A DNA stretch of 64,000 nucleotides from an uncultured bacterium (GTDB taxonomy: Bacteria > Zixibacteria > MSB-5A5 > UBA10806), in assembly GCA_965541585.1 (NCBI GenBank), contig CBEUCH010000003.1, positions 1-64,000 on the forward strand. The letters run 5' to 3'. Below, in pieces: positions 1 to 8,762 of the stretch. The translations under genes and the position numbers were made by a program. A model generated the notes under the pieces. That model was not told the DNA's origin. It was given only the letters and a program-made list of their open reading frames with translations, and did no database searches. Numbering within the stretch: the stretch's first letter is position 1; every line of letters starts with the position of its first letter.

Positions 1-2
1 GT

Positions 3-575
3 GTCTATGCCATCATTCTTGACTCCGGCTATGTGGATTGGGATTACAATCTCGTTTTTGGGAACGGCGGCGGGGACTACATAGGCATCGAACCCGGCCC
101 TCATGATATTCAAGCCGATCCTTTATTCGTTGACAGGTTCTCCGGCGATTACCATCTGTTGCCAAATTCACCTTGCATAGATGCAGGTGATCCGGATTTC
201 CCATTAGATCCGGATGGCAGCAGGGCCGATATCGGCGCATATTATTTCGATCAGGCGGTTGGGATTGATGATCCGGGGGAACCGTCGGGGCCCTATCAGT
301 TTCAGCTTCATCAGAATTATCCCAATCCATTCAATTCTCAGACGATTATATCTTTTTATTTGAGTGAAGAGTCGATCGTTAGCCTGCATATATATTCAAT
401 CACCGGACATTTCGTTACGGCCATAATCAACAAGGAGACGCAAGCCTCTGGCGAGCATAAATATGTGTGGGATGGTAAAGATAAAAACGATAAGATGGTA
501 TCGACCGGTATTTATTTCTATGAGTTATACGTAGACGATTATCGCGAATCTAAAGCGATGATTATGATAAAGTAG
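3..575 (+). CDS. C-terminal part of a secreted protein (end of beta-helix region plus T9SS-type/FlgD-Ig C-terminal sorting domain); truncated by window edge
   Basis: Frame is open from position 3. Contains DPLFVD..DYHL..SPCIDAGDP..DGSRADIGAY and QNYPNPFNSQT...WDGKD..STGIYFY...KAMIMIK. Confidence 0.85.
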   Translation, partial: VYAIILDSGYVDWDYNLVFGNGGGDYIGIEPGPHDIQADPLFVDRFSGDYHLLPNSPCIDAGDPDFPLDPDGSRADIGAYYFDQAVGIDDPGEPSGPYQFQLHQNYPNPFNSQTIISFYLSEESIVSLHIYSITGHFVTAIINKETQASGEHKYVWDGKDKNDKMVSTGIYFYELYVDDYRESKAMIMIK

Positions 576-585
576 GGCTTTTGGC

Positions 586-3500
586 ATGAAGAATCTAACA
601 GGCTTTATATTGATATTGGCCGTCCTGGCGATTGCTCCCGTGGCCTCTGCTGTCGTCATAAACATACCAGCAGACTACCCCACCATACAGGAAGGCATAG
701 ACGCCAGCTCCGATGGCGACACAGTGCTGGTTCAGCCGGGGGCGTATGTGGAGAACATCAATTTCAACGGGCATAATATCGTGCTGGGGTCGCTGTTTTT
801 GACGACGGGGGATACGTCCTATATCTCGACAACAATTATTGATGGTGATTCGTCGGGAACGGTTGTGACTTTTGAAAGCGGTGAGGATAGCACTGCGGTT
901 GTTACTGGATTTTCGATGCAAAATGGTCGAGCATACTACGGTGCTGGCGGGGTTTATATTTCCGGCAGCAGCCCCATCGTTAGAAACAACACTATCAGCG
1001 GCAATTCAACCGATTACAGCGGCGCCGGGGGGATCTATTGCACCAATTCAAACCCCGCAATCATCAATAATACAATCAGCGGAAATTCAGCTTATTACGG
1101 CGGCAGGGGAGGAGGCATCTCTTGCGGTAGTAATTCCAACGCCACGGTGATCGGCAACGTGATAAGCGGAAATAGCGCCTATTCGGGTCACCATGAGGAC
1201 GGGGGAGATGGTGGCGGAATTTCTTGCTATAACTCCGATCCTACTATTATTGACAACATCATCACGAGAAATTCAGCTGTTTCTGGCGGGGGTATTCACT
1301 GCGTTGATTCCGATCCCGCAATCCTGGGCAACACAGTTATCAATAATTTCGGCAGTGCGATTTCCTGTATAAGCTCCTCTCCGACATTAACTAACAATAT
1401 CCTCTGGAAGAATGGCAGATCGGAGATTTACGCCGACGAATCCTCATCCCCGGCGTTTACCTATTGCGATATCTGGGGGGGGTGGGAAGGGGAGGGAAAT
1501 ATCGATATTGACCCTCTGTTTCTGGATCCGCTTAACGGCAACTATAATGTTTGCTCTCAATCCCCATGCATCGATGCCGGAGATCCTGATATGCAGGATC
1601 CGGACGGAACCCGAGCCGATATCGGTCTTTTCTTCCCGGAGCATCCGGAATGTTTCAATGGAAATGTCTGGAACGTCTCTATGGCAGGCAACGATACTAC
1701 GGGGGACGGTTCGCCTGAGAATCCCTTCCGAACGATTCAATATGCCATCGATACTTCTCTTCATGGTGACACAGTTCTTGTTCAAAATGGCACCTATGTT
1801 GAGAGTATCAATCTTACTGTTAAAAAAATCGTATTGGCTTCAAACCACATTTATTCGGGGGATCCGCTTGATATTCAGAATACTACTGTCGACGGTAATT
1901 CATTATATAGGACCCTAAGATTATGGTTGTGCGATAGCACGGTAGTTATAACAGGGTTTACATTCAGAAATGCAGCGGGGCCGGGTATTACCTGCTATTA
2001 CTCCGATGCCACCATAGTCAACAACATCATCACAGGAAATTCAGCTTACGTTGGAGCCGGGATCTTTTGCGGGTCGTTTTCCAAGCCCAGGATTACGAAC
2101 AATATCATAAGTGGAAACTCCGCCAGCTCTGGAGGGGGAGTTTATTGCTTCTATTTTTCCAGGCCGGTGATAACCAACACCATCTTATGGGCTAACACGC
2201 CGCCCGAGGTTGTCGTTAACAGCTCTTTGACGCCGATCATAACGTATTCTGACATCAGAGGTGGCTGGGAAGGAGAGGGCAACATCGATGTTGACCCTCT
2301 ATTTGTAAATCCATCTGACGTCAATTTTAACGTATGCTCTCAATCTCCATGTATCGATGCTGGAGATCCTGATATGCAGGATCCGGACGGAACCCGCGCC
2401 GATATCGGTCTGTTCTTCCCGGAGCACCCGGAATGTATTTTCGGAAATGTATGGAATGTTTCTGTTTCGGGCAGCGATACCACTGGCGACGGATCGCCCG
2501 AGAATCCCTTTAGGACTATACAACACGGTGTTGACGCTTCGCTATTCGGTGATTCGGTAATTGTTCAGAATGGCATTTATGTGGAGAATGTCAACATCAA
2601 AGGGAAGAGCATTTCGGTGGCTTCCAATTACATATTTTCTGAGGATCCTCTGGATATCGAAAACACAGTAATCGATGGCGATTCGGCGTCATCGGTGGTA
2701 ACTTTCGAAAGTGGTGAGGACAGTCTGACGATCATAACAGGCTTTACACTCAGAAATGGCTATGCCAGTGACGGCGGTGGGATCATTTGTTTGCGATCCA
2801 GCCCAACAATCAGGAATAACATGATAGCTGAGAATTCTACCGGCAGTGCTGGAGATGGCGGTGGGATTTACTGCGCCTATTCGAATGCCAAGATCGTCAA
2901 TAACAGCATACGCGGAAACTCAGCCGAATCATACGGCGGCGGCATTTCATGCTATCGTTCCAGCCCCCTAATCATCAACAACGCCATTGAAGAAAATTCT
3001 TCTGGATGGGGCGGTGGTGGAATTTCTTGCATTCAGTCCGGCCCTGCAATCATCAACAACGCTATAAAAGGAAATTTAGCAAATAAGGGCGGAGGAATTC
3101 GTTGCAGTGGCCTGCCTCCCCCCACTATCAGTAATAATGTTATTGCCGCGAATTTCGCATTTAACAGCGGTGGTGGAATTAATTGTACTTGGTGCGGTAG
3201 TGCAGCGATCAGTAATAATACCCTCATTGAAAACTCGGCCAACATAAGTGGTGGTGGGATTTACTTCTGGCAATCAACCCCGGCAATAAGAAACAGCATT
3301 TTTTGGGCAGATGACGCCCCGGAGGGTCCGGAGATCTATATAGAAAGTGGATCACCGTCGTTTATGTATTGCGACATCCAGGGTGGATGGGAAGGCGAGG
3401 GCAACATCGATGTCGATCCACTATTCCGAGACCCTGAAAATGGAGACTTTCATTTAAGGGCTATTGAATGCGGGGACGCTGGAGATTCCCCCTGCATCGA

Positions 3501-3900
3501 CGCAGGAGACCCGACAATCTTTGACAGCATTATCGATTGTGACTGGGGGTTGGGCGGTGAGAGAAGCGATATGGGGGCTTACGGAGGAAACGCGGAGCCT
3601 CCAACTGATATTGAAACGGATGAAGCCGGATTGCCTGCTCAATTCGCTTTATCGCAGAACTACCCGAACCCGTTCAATGCCTCAACGACGATTCAATACA
3701 GCTTGCTCGAAGCCAGCCAGGTCAAAATCGAAATCTACGACATCCTTGGCCGCAAGGTTGAGACGCTGGTTCAAGGGGAACAACCAGCGGGCTATCATCA
3801 AGTGATCTGGGATGCCAGTGATCAGTCTTCGGGCGTGTATTTTTACAGGATTCAGACGGGGAAAAATGTTGAGACGAAGAAGATGGTGCTACTCAAGTAG
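586..3900 (+). CDS. Secreted protein with three pectin-lyase-like right-handed beta-helix modules and T9SS-type C-terminal domain
   Basis: Signal peptide; TIQxxID..GDTVLVQxGxYVE occurs three times; GGGIxC/NNxIxxN repeats; C-terminal QNYPNPFN...SGVYFYRI..KKMVLLK. Confidence 0.85.
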   Translation: MKNLTGFILILAVLAIAPVASAVVINIPADYPTIQEGIDASSDGDTVLVQPGAYVENINFNGHNIVLGSLFLTTGDTSYISTTIIDGDSSGTVVTFESGEDSTAVVTGFSMQNGRAYYGAGGVYISGSSPIVRNNTISGNSTDYSGAGGIYCTNSNPAIINNTISGNSAYYGGRGGGISCGSNSNATVIGNVISGNSAYSGHHEDGGDGGGISCYNSDPTIIDNIITRNSAVSGGGIHCVDSDPAILGNTVINNFGSAISCISSSPTLTNNILWKNGRSEIYADESSSPAFTYCDIWGGWEGEGNIDIDPLFLDPLNGNYNVCSQSPCIDAGDPDMQDPDGTRADIGLFFPEHPECFNGNVWNVSMAGNDTTGDGSPENPFRTIQYAIDTSLHGDTVLVQNGTYVESINLTVKKIVLASNHIYSGDPLDIQNTTVDGNSLYRTLRLWLCDSTVVITGFTFRNAAGPGITCYYSDATIVNNIITGNSAYVGAGIFCGSFSKPRITNNIISGNSASSGGGVYCFYFSRPVITNTILWANTPPEVVVNSSLTPIITYSDIRGGWEGEGNIDVDPLFVNPSDVNFNVCSQSPCIDAGDPDMQDPDGTRADIGLFFPEHPECIFGNVWNVSVSGSDTTGDGSPENPFRTIQHGVDASLFGDSVIVQNGIYVENVNIKGKSISVASNYIFSEDPLDIENTVIDGDSASSVVTFESGEDSLTIITGFTLRNGYASDGGGIICLRSSPTIRNNMIAENSTGSAGDGGGIYCAYSNAKIVNNSIRGNSAESYGGGISCYRSSPLIINNAIEENSSGWGGGGISCIQSGPAIINNAIKGNLANKGGGIRCSGLPPPTISNNVIAANFAFNSGGGINCTWCGSAAISNNTLIENSANISGGGIYFWQSTPAIRNSIFWADDAPEGPEIYIESGSPSFMYCDIQGGWEGEGNIDVDPLFRDPENGDFHLRAIECGDAGDSPCIDAGDPTIFDSIIDCDWGLGGERSDMGAYGGNAEPPTDIETDEAGLPAQFALSQNYPNPFNASTTIQYSLLEASQVKIEIYDILGRKVETLVQGEQPAGYHQVIWDASDQSSGVYFYRIQTGKNVETKKMVLLK

Positions 3901-3920
3901 TATCTCCTAATAGAAACGCT

Positions 3921-3951
3921 AAAGGGGAGCCAATCGGCTCCCCCTTTTTTT
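3921..3951 (+). terminator. Rho-independent terminator
   Basis: GGGGAGCC-AATC-GGCTCCCC hairpin followed by a T run, just after the stop at 3900. Confidence 0.85.
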
Positions 3952-4019
3952 CGCGTCAAAACCGAATGGCATATCTTTCATACAACCAAACCCCAAGTCC
4001 ACAATAAGTCCACACTTGA

Positions 4020-4200
4020 TGGTTAAAGCGTGGTGTTTTCTGGTGTTTTGTGGTGCTTTCTGGTGTAGGTGAAATCAGAGTTAATTTATTGCTACGCTTT
4101 ATATTACAAGGCGCAACAACAACTTATCTGAAATCTCTTGTAAGGACTTAAAATCCCTCGGGCGGTTTCGTCCGTGCCGGTTCGATTCCGGCTTCCGGCA
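4020..4200 (+). repeat. Copy 1 of 181-bp direct repeat (att-like site ending in tRNA-Leu 3' half)
   Basis: Aligns without gaps to 6678-6858 at offset 2658; about 29 mismatches in 181 by hand count. Confidence 0.9.
4144..4200 (+). pseudogene. 3' half of tRNA-Leu(UAA) (att core fragment)
   Basis: GGA-CTTAAAA-TCC anticodon arm, long variable arm GGGCG-GTTT-CGTCC, T arm GCCGG-TTCGATT-CCGGC, acceptor 3' strand TTCCGGCA. No D arm or 5' acceptor strand upstream. Confidence 0.85.
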
Positions 4201-4220
4201 TTCTAAGACATTAAAAGATA

Positions 4221-4255
4221 ATGGGTTGCGAAATCTGGGCCGCAATCCATTTTTT
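4221..4255 (+). terminator. Terminator hairpin downstream of tRNA fragment
   Basis: ATGGGTTGCG-N10-CGCAATCCAT followed by TTTTT. Confidence 0.7.
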
Positions 4256-4309
4256 GGTGGGTTTGGAGTGAGTCCTGCATGAGTCTACACTTTTTGCAGT
4301 TTCTACCAG

Positions 4310-4452
4310 TCAGTAGGGAAGTTTCGCCACCATGCCGGTCTTATATTTTTCTGCAAGATGAGCGTATATTTCTGTGGTTTTAATGGAGGAATGACCCTGC
4401 AATTCTTTAACTGTAAAAGCGGAACTCCTACCATTACCTGAAGCCGAGCGAA
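4310..4452 (-). pseudogene. Tyrosine recombinase/integrase C-terminal remnant (frameshifted)
   Basis: Manual translation: FARLQVMVGVPL, then a frameshift near 4417, then FTVKELQGHSSIKTTEIYAHLAEKYKTGMVAKLPY*. Matches the box II (L)GH..TT..Y motif with the catalytic Tyr. Too short for the ORF track. Confidence 0.85.
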
Positions 4453-4690
4453 CCTACCGTCTAACTCATAAGATATTCAGGGTTATCCCGAAGGCCGTAG
4501 AGAGAAGCCAGGATTTGATTCTGACCTCCTTCTGGTGATTACGGGATTTTACTACCACTATAACCAGCTTGTCGATTACATCAGCTTCCTTCTTTTACAG
4601 TCCGCCATCGGTTATAGCGAAGATTGTTTTATAATTGGTTTGCATCTGCACCAGTATCTGCTATGAAGTAAAAATACTAGTTCTATACTC

Positions 4691-6511
4691 TTATTTAGGT
4701 TCTTTAAAATTAAAATCATTTTCGAGCAGATGTAATCGTAATATTACCGTCGCCAGCAAATTATACTGAAGTCTATTCAAGCCCTTATCATTGAGGATTT
4801 GGTAAATTTTTAAATCTAGATTGTCTTCTATTATTGATGATGATTTTACAATTTCATGAAGGTAGGGGTCCAGTATTTTACTTTTGTATCTTTGGTATAG
4901 ACTTGTTAAATGAGCTTTCTTGGCTTGATGAAAGACCCACATGTGTTTTTTTGCAAACGACCTCAACTGTCTGAATATAAATGCCCGTTTTGAATCGATA
5001 AGCAAACCTGTGTTTGCGTATTTTATTTTCAGAGCATCCTTATCCAACGACTTAAAATAATGTATAAATAGTGCTTGATGTTTTTTAAGCTTATCTGGAA
5101 TATTTATCATCGACCTGAGAACATCGGTACCCCAGAATGGAGCTTGCAGCCAGAAAAAGAATCTTGATCGATCCTCTCCTTCCATAGTGAAGCGGAAGCC
5201 TCTCCCAAGCATAATAAAGTGAGCGTATTTCCAATTAAAATCGGTCTCGGGAAAATCGTTGAATACTGAAGAAAAGGTTTCAAAAAAATCAGACTGATTT
5301 ATACCGAGGAGAGAGCACGCATCTTCGACTTTAAATATCCTAAAGATATTAGTAATCGTATGGTATATATTACGCATAGTGGTTAATTGGGCATCGGCAG
5401 ATAGCTCATTCATAACATTCCCGCCGAGATCTCCGGTAAATAGTGCAATGTCATGGCCAAATTCCTGTTGAACCTGACGATACCCATCTAAAGCAACAAC
5501 CATATAAACAGAACTGCCGCTTTCCTGATTATAGGCAATTTGCTTGTAATCATCTATGCTTATAGGTTTATGCTGATATACACGCCAATCGCATGGTATT
5601 AGATTTACCAGATCGCGTGAAACTTCCACATCAACACGGTTTGTTCTTTCAGGGTTTAGTGACGTGTAGGCGGAGTATTTTATCTGTGATTCATTCAGAG
5701 CTAGCATTATTACCCTTGAATCGAGTCCTCCGCTGAGCGCAAGGACCGGATACAGCTCGCTTAGTTTTTCTACCCTGTTTCTAGTCGCTGTCACTAAAGA
5801 GCTTTCAAGTTCACTTGCACATTTATCAAAATTGACATCCGGGTCAGCTCGGTCGGTAAAATCCCATTGATAGAGCACTTTTATCTCAAGTCTTTTTTCC
5901 CTTCTGGAAAATCTTACAAAACTGGCTGGTTGAAACCTCATTATATCTTTAATCATAGTGCGACCACCCAGATTGAACCCGAAAATCAGACATTCAGCAA
6001 TTCCCATTTTATCAACAGTTTTTAAATTCAGTGTCGAGATAATCAACTTCGGTTCACGACTAATAAATAGATAATCATCTGTTGTTTTATAATATAGCGG
6101 TAATCTCCCGAGGGAGTCGTTGAACAAAACGATTTCACTAGTCGATTTGCTAATAATCAGAACAATAAATTCTCCATCACATGACAACAGCCACCGCGTC
6201 ATTTCTGTATAATCATAAGTGCGAGCCGTTGAAAAAAACTGCTTCGCGAATTTCTTTAAATCGTCTTGGATGCTATCATCAGATTTGTTGTATATACATC
6301 CCTCTATAAAAATCAAATAGTCATCGGTATCGATTATGGTTCTTGGATATTGAGAATATCCAGTAAATTTGACAATAATATACGGATTTTGATACAGATC
6401 AATTGTTTCAAACCGTTTATTTATTTCCATTATCTTGGTTGCATAAAGAAGTTTATTTTGATCTGTTTCATTGATTCTATTAAATGAACAATAAAGACTT
6501 AAACCTGGCAT
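4691..6511 (-). CDS. Asparagine synthetase B-like protein (Ntn-type domain plus ATP pyrophosphatase domain); N-terminus MPG lacks catalytic Cys
   Basis: DGEF..FNDSLGRLPLYY, LSGGLDSR PP-loop, FTGDLGG. Markedly AT-rich compared with its flanks. Confidence 0.8.
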   Translation of the reverse strand: MPGLSLYCSFNRINETDQNKLLYATKIMEINKRFETIDLYQNPYIIVKFTGYSQYPRTIIDTDDYLIFIEGCIYNKSDDSIQDDLKKFAKQFFSTARTYDYTEMTRWLLSCDGEFIVLIISKSTSEIVLFNDSLGRLPLYYKTTDDYLFISREPKLIISTLNLKTVDKMGIAECLIFGFNLGGRTMIKDIMRFQPASFVRFSRREKRLEIKVLYQWDFTDRADPDVNFDKCASELESSLVTATRNRVEKLSELYPVLALSGGLDSRVIMLALNESQIKYSAYTSLNPERTNRVDVEVSRDLVNLIPCDWRVYQHKPISIDDYKQIAYNQESGSSVYMVVALDGYRQVQQEFGHDIALFTGDLGGNVMNELSADAQLTTMRNIYHTITNIFRIFKVEDACSLLGINQSDFFETFSSVFNDFPETDFNWKYAHFIMLGRGFRFTMEGEDRSRFFFWLQAPFWGTDVLRSMINIPDKLKKHQALFIHYFKSLDKDALKIKYANTGLLIDSKRAFIFRQLRSFAKKHMWVFHQAKKAHLTSLYQRYKSKILDPYLHEIVKSSSIIEDNLDLKIYQILNDKGLNRLQYNLLATVILRLHLLENDFNFKEPK

Positions 6512-6677
6512 TTCAAATCCCCTGGCCCGAGATATTGTAATGTATTTCCGCTACCCTCTCAAAAAAATATTTAGATTATCAAATATTTAGATACAATATA
6601 ATACTAATAAAGTCAAGTGGGAAACATTTATTCTCCATAAAGTACGGTAACAGGGAAAAGCGTACGTAGAAGCTTTG

Positions 6678-6858
6678 TGGTTAAAACGTGGTATCTTCTG
6701 GTGTTTTGTGGTGCTTTCTGGTGGAGGTTAAATCAGGTCTAATTCATCGCTACGCTTTGCATTCTGCAGCGTTGCAATAACTTATCTGAAACCTCTTGTA
6801 ACGACTTAAAATCCCTCGGTCCGTATGGACTGTGCCGGTTCGATTCCGGCTTCCGGCA
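6678..6858 (+). repeat. Copy 2 of 181-bp direct repeat (att-like site)
   Basis: Collinear with 4020-4200. Confidence 0.9.
6803..6858 (+). pseudogene. 3' half of tRNA-Leu(UAA) (second att core fragment)
   Basis: GACTTAAAATCC, variable arm GGTCC-GTAT-GGACT, GCCGGTTCGATTCCGGC, TTCCGGCA. No 5' half. Confidence 0.85.
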
Positions 6859-6895
6859 GCTATTTAACCCCCCCGGGATTGATTAAATATAAGAC

Positions 6896-8293
6896 ATGGC
6901 CCGCCTCTGCCTCTTCGCAGAAGGCGTGGGTGTTCAGTTGATAGTTTATTCAACCGATATTACTAAAGCAATGCAGGTTTTGCCAAAAACAGATGACTCG
7001 ACTGCGGGATCGCCGAATGAGCAGGGAATCACCGAATTAGAAGATAAACTCGCTGATCAAGCCAATAAATTCACCGATATTTCCCGTGTCGGCACTGTAA
7101 TCACTTCCATTATGGATCTTGATCGAATCCTGCCGGTGGTTATGGAATCGGCCCTGGCCATGGTGAAAGCCGAAGTGGGGCAGATGGTTACTTTCGATGA
7201 GCAGGGTCTGGTAGAATCCTCGGTTTCCTGGGGGATCTCGGAGCAGGTGACCGATGAAATACAGAATCAAGAGGGAGTCACTCTCTGGAGTTTTATGGCG
7301 AGGTCCGGAGATCTTCTTAGAATTGATGATATTTCAAGCAGCGCCGAGTGGAGTCTTTCTTCCAAGATAGCCCATATTACTTCTCTTGTGGCAGTGCCCC
7401 TGATTGCGCAAAGCCAAATCATAGGGGCTCTGGCTGTCGCTAACAAGATAGAAGGGTGCAGTTTCGATGATGACGACCTTTTCGCCCTTGAAATATTGGC
7501 CAGGTTCGCCTCGGTCGCTATGGTAAACAGCGCCCTGTATGAGCAATCGTTGGCAAAACAGAAGCTCGAGGCGGATATTGAGATGGCCCGGCAATTGCAG
7601 GACACCCTGATGCCGGATAAGGTTATGGATTTTGGAAATCTCGCGGTTCATGGCTATAACACCATGGCCATGCAGGTCGGCGGAGATCTTTACGATGTCG
7701 TTCAGCTCTCCCGAAATAGATTCATGCTTGTGGTCGCGGATGTATCCAGCAAAGGTTTCCCAGCTTCCCTGCTTATGACCTCAACCAGAAGTCTTATACG
7801 GGCCTACGCTATCGAAAAATTCTCATTAGCCGAAATCGTCACAAATGTGAACGAGCAACTCTGCAGCGATTTCCGGGGGCTTAGCTCGATGTTCGTAACG
7901 CTGATTCTGGTCTATCTTGATTTCGAGGCCGGCGTGATAAAGTCCGTCAACGCCGGACATCCGCCCGGACTGGTCAGCTATCCCGATGGTAGTATCGTCA
8001 ATCTGAAATCGGGCGGACCGTTCATTGGTCAATTCGAGGGGCTCAACTATAGCGAACAGGTTGTTCCCATGCTGCCCGGAACCAGAATCTTTCTTTATAC
8101 CGACGGAGTCTTCGAGTGCGTCGACGGGAGAGGTCAGATGCTGGGCTTATCAGGATTGAAAGGATTTTTCGAAAAGCATCACAGAAATTCACCTGAAGAG
8201 TTTTTATGTCTCATGTCCGAGAAACATGAAGAATACAGCGTCGATCCCGACCGGATAGACGATACGACCTATATCATTGCGGATACGAGGTGA
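6896..8293 (+). CDS. GAF plus PP2C (SpoIIE/RsbU-like) serine phosphatase; start may be ATG 6971
   Basis: GAF region, then VGGDLYD, VADVSSKG, NAGHPP, YTDG, DDTT motifs. Confidence 0.9.
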   Translation: MARLCLFAEGVGVQLIVYSTDITKAMQVLPKTDDSTAGSPNEQGITELEDKLADQANKFTDISRVGTVITSIMDLDRILPVVMESALAMVKAEVGQMVTFDEQGLVESSVSWGISEQVTDEIQNQEGVTLWSFMARSGDLLRIDDISSSAEWSLSSKIAHITSLVAVPLIAQSQIIGALAVANKIEGCSFDDDDLFALEILARFASVAMVNSALYEQSLAKQKLEADIEMARQLQDTLMPDKVMDFGNLAVHGYNTMAMQVGGDLYDVVQLSRNRFMLVVADVSSKGFPASLLMTSTRSLIRAYAIEKFSLAEIVTNVNEQLCSDFRGLSSMFVTLILVYLDFEAGVIKSVNAGHPPGLVSYPDGSIVNLKSGGPFIGQFEGLNYSEQVVPMLPGTRIFLYTDGVFECVDGRGQMLGLSGLKGFFEKHHRNSPEEFLCLMSEKHEEYSVDPDRIDDTTYIIADTR

Positions 8294-8748
8294 TCATGGA
8301 AAAGTATACCTTCTCGTTTCCAAATACCTCCGGAGCCTACGAGATATCCGCAGATATATTAAATCCCGTTATTGAAAGCCTGATTGTGGATGTTTCTGAG
8401 AAGCAGAGGCTGAAGCTGATCGTCTCGGAGCTTGTCATGAACGCCTATATTCACGGCAACAAAGGAGATCCGAACAATACAATTGACGTCGCTATTCTAA
8501 TTGATGATGAGAATTTCGATGTTACGGTAAAAGACCAGGGGGAAGGTCTCGACGAGGGAAAATTCAGGGATATTGTGATGTCTGTTTCGGAAGAGAAAGA
8601 TGAAAGCGGTAGAGGAATGAAAATCGTGAACAAATTGTGCGATAAGGTTCAACTTTTTAGAGATGAGGACGATAAATTTTGTATCAGGGTAACCAGAAAA
8701 ATAAAACCCCACCCGGCCGATATTAAGCAGGGTGCCGGCAGGGATTAG
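8290..8748 (+). CDS. RsbW-like anti-sigma factor/serine kinase
   Basis: SELVMNAYIHGN, VKDQGEG, SGRGMKIV (HATPase_c_2 type). Confidence 0.85.
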   Translation: MIMEKYTFSFPNTSGAYEISADILNPVIESLIVDVSEKQRLKLIVSELVMNAYIHGNKGDPNNTIDVAILIDDENFDVTVKDQGEGLDEGKFRDIVMSVSEEKDESGRGMKIVNKLCDKVQLFRDEDDKFCIRVTRKIKPHPADIKQGAGRD

Positions 8749-8762
8749 TCGATGGAGGAGAT

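Larger units (their letters stand above)
4145..6858. mobile_element. Degenerate ~2.7-kb integrated mini-element at tRNA-Leu(UAA)
   Basis: Bounded by the two tRNA-Leu 3'-half repeats; contains the integrase stub and one AT-rich cargo gene. Confidence 0.75.

Noticed and set aside
4031..4065. CRISPR or iteron array from TGGTG repeats
   Set aside because: These are 10-bp contiguous units without spacers and no cas or rep gene is present; better explained as att accessory sites.
4115..4203. Intact tRNA-Leu gene (also 6775-6861)
   Set aside because: Upstream sequence cannot form a D arm or pair with the acceptor 3' strand; only the 3' half is present.
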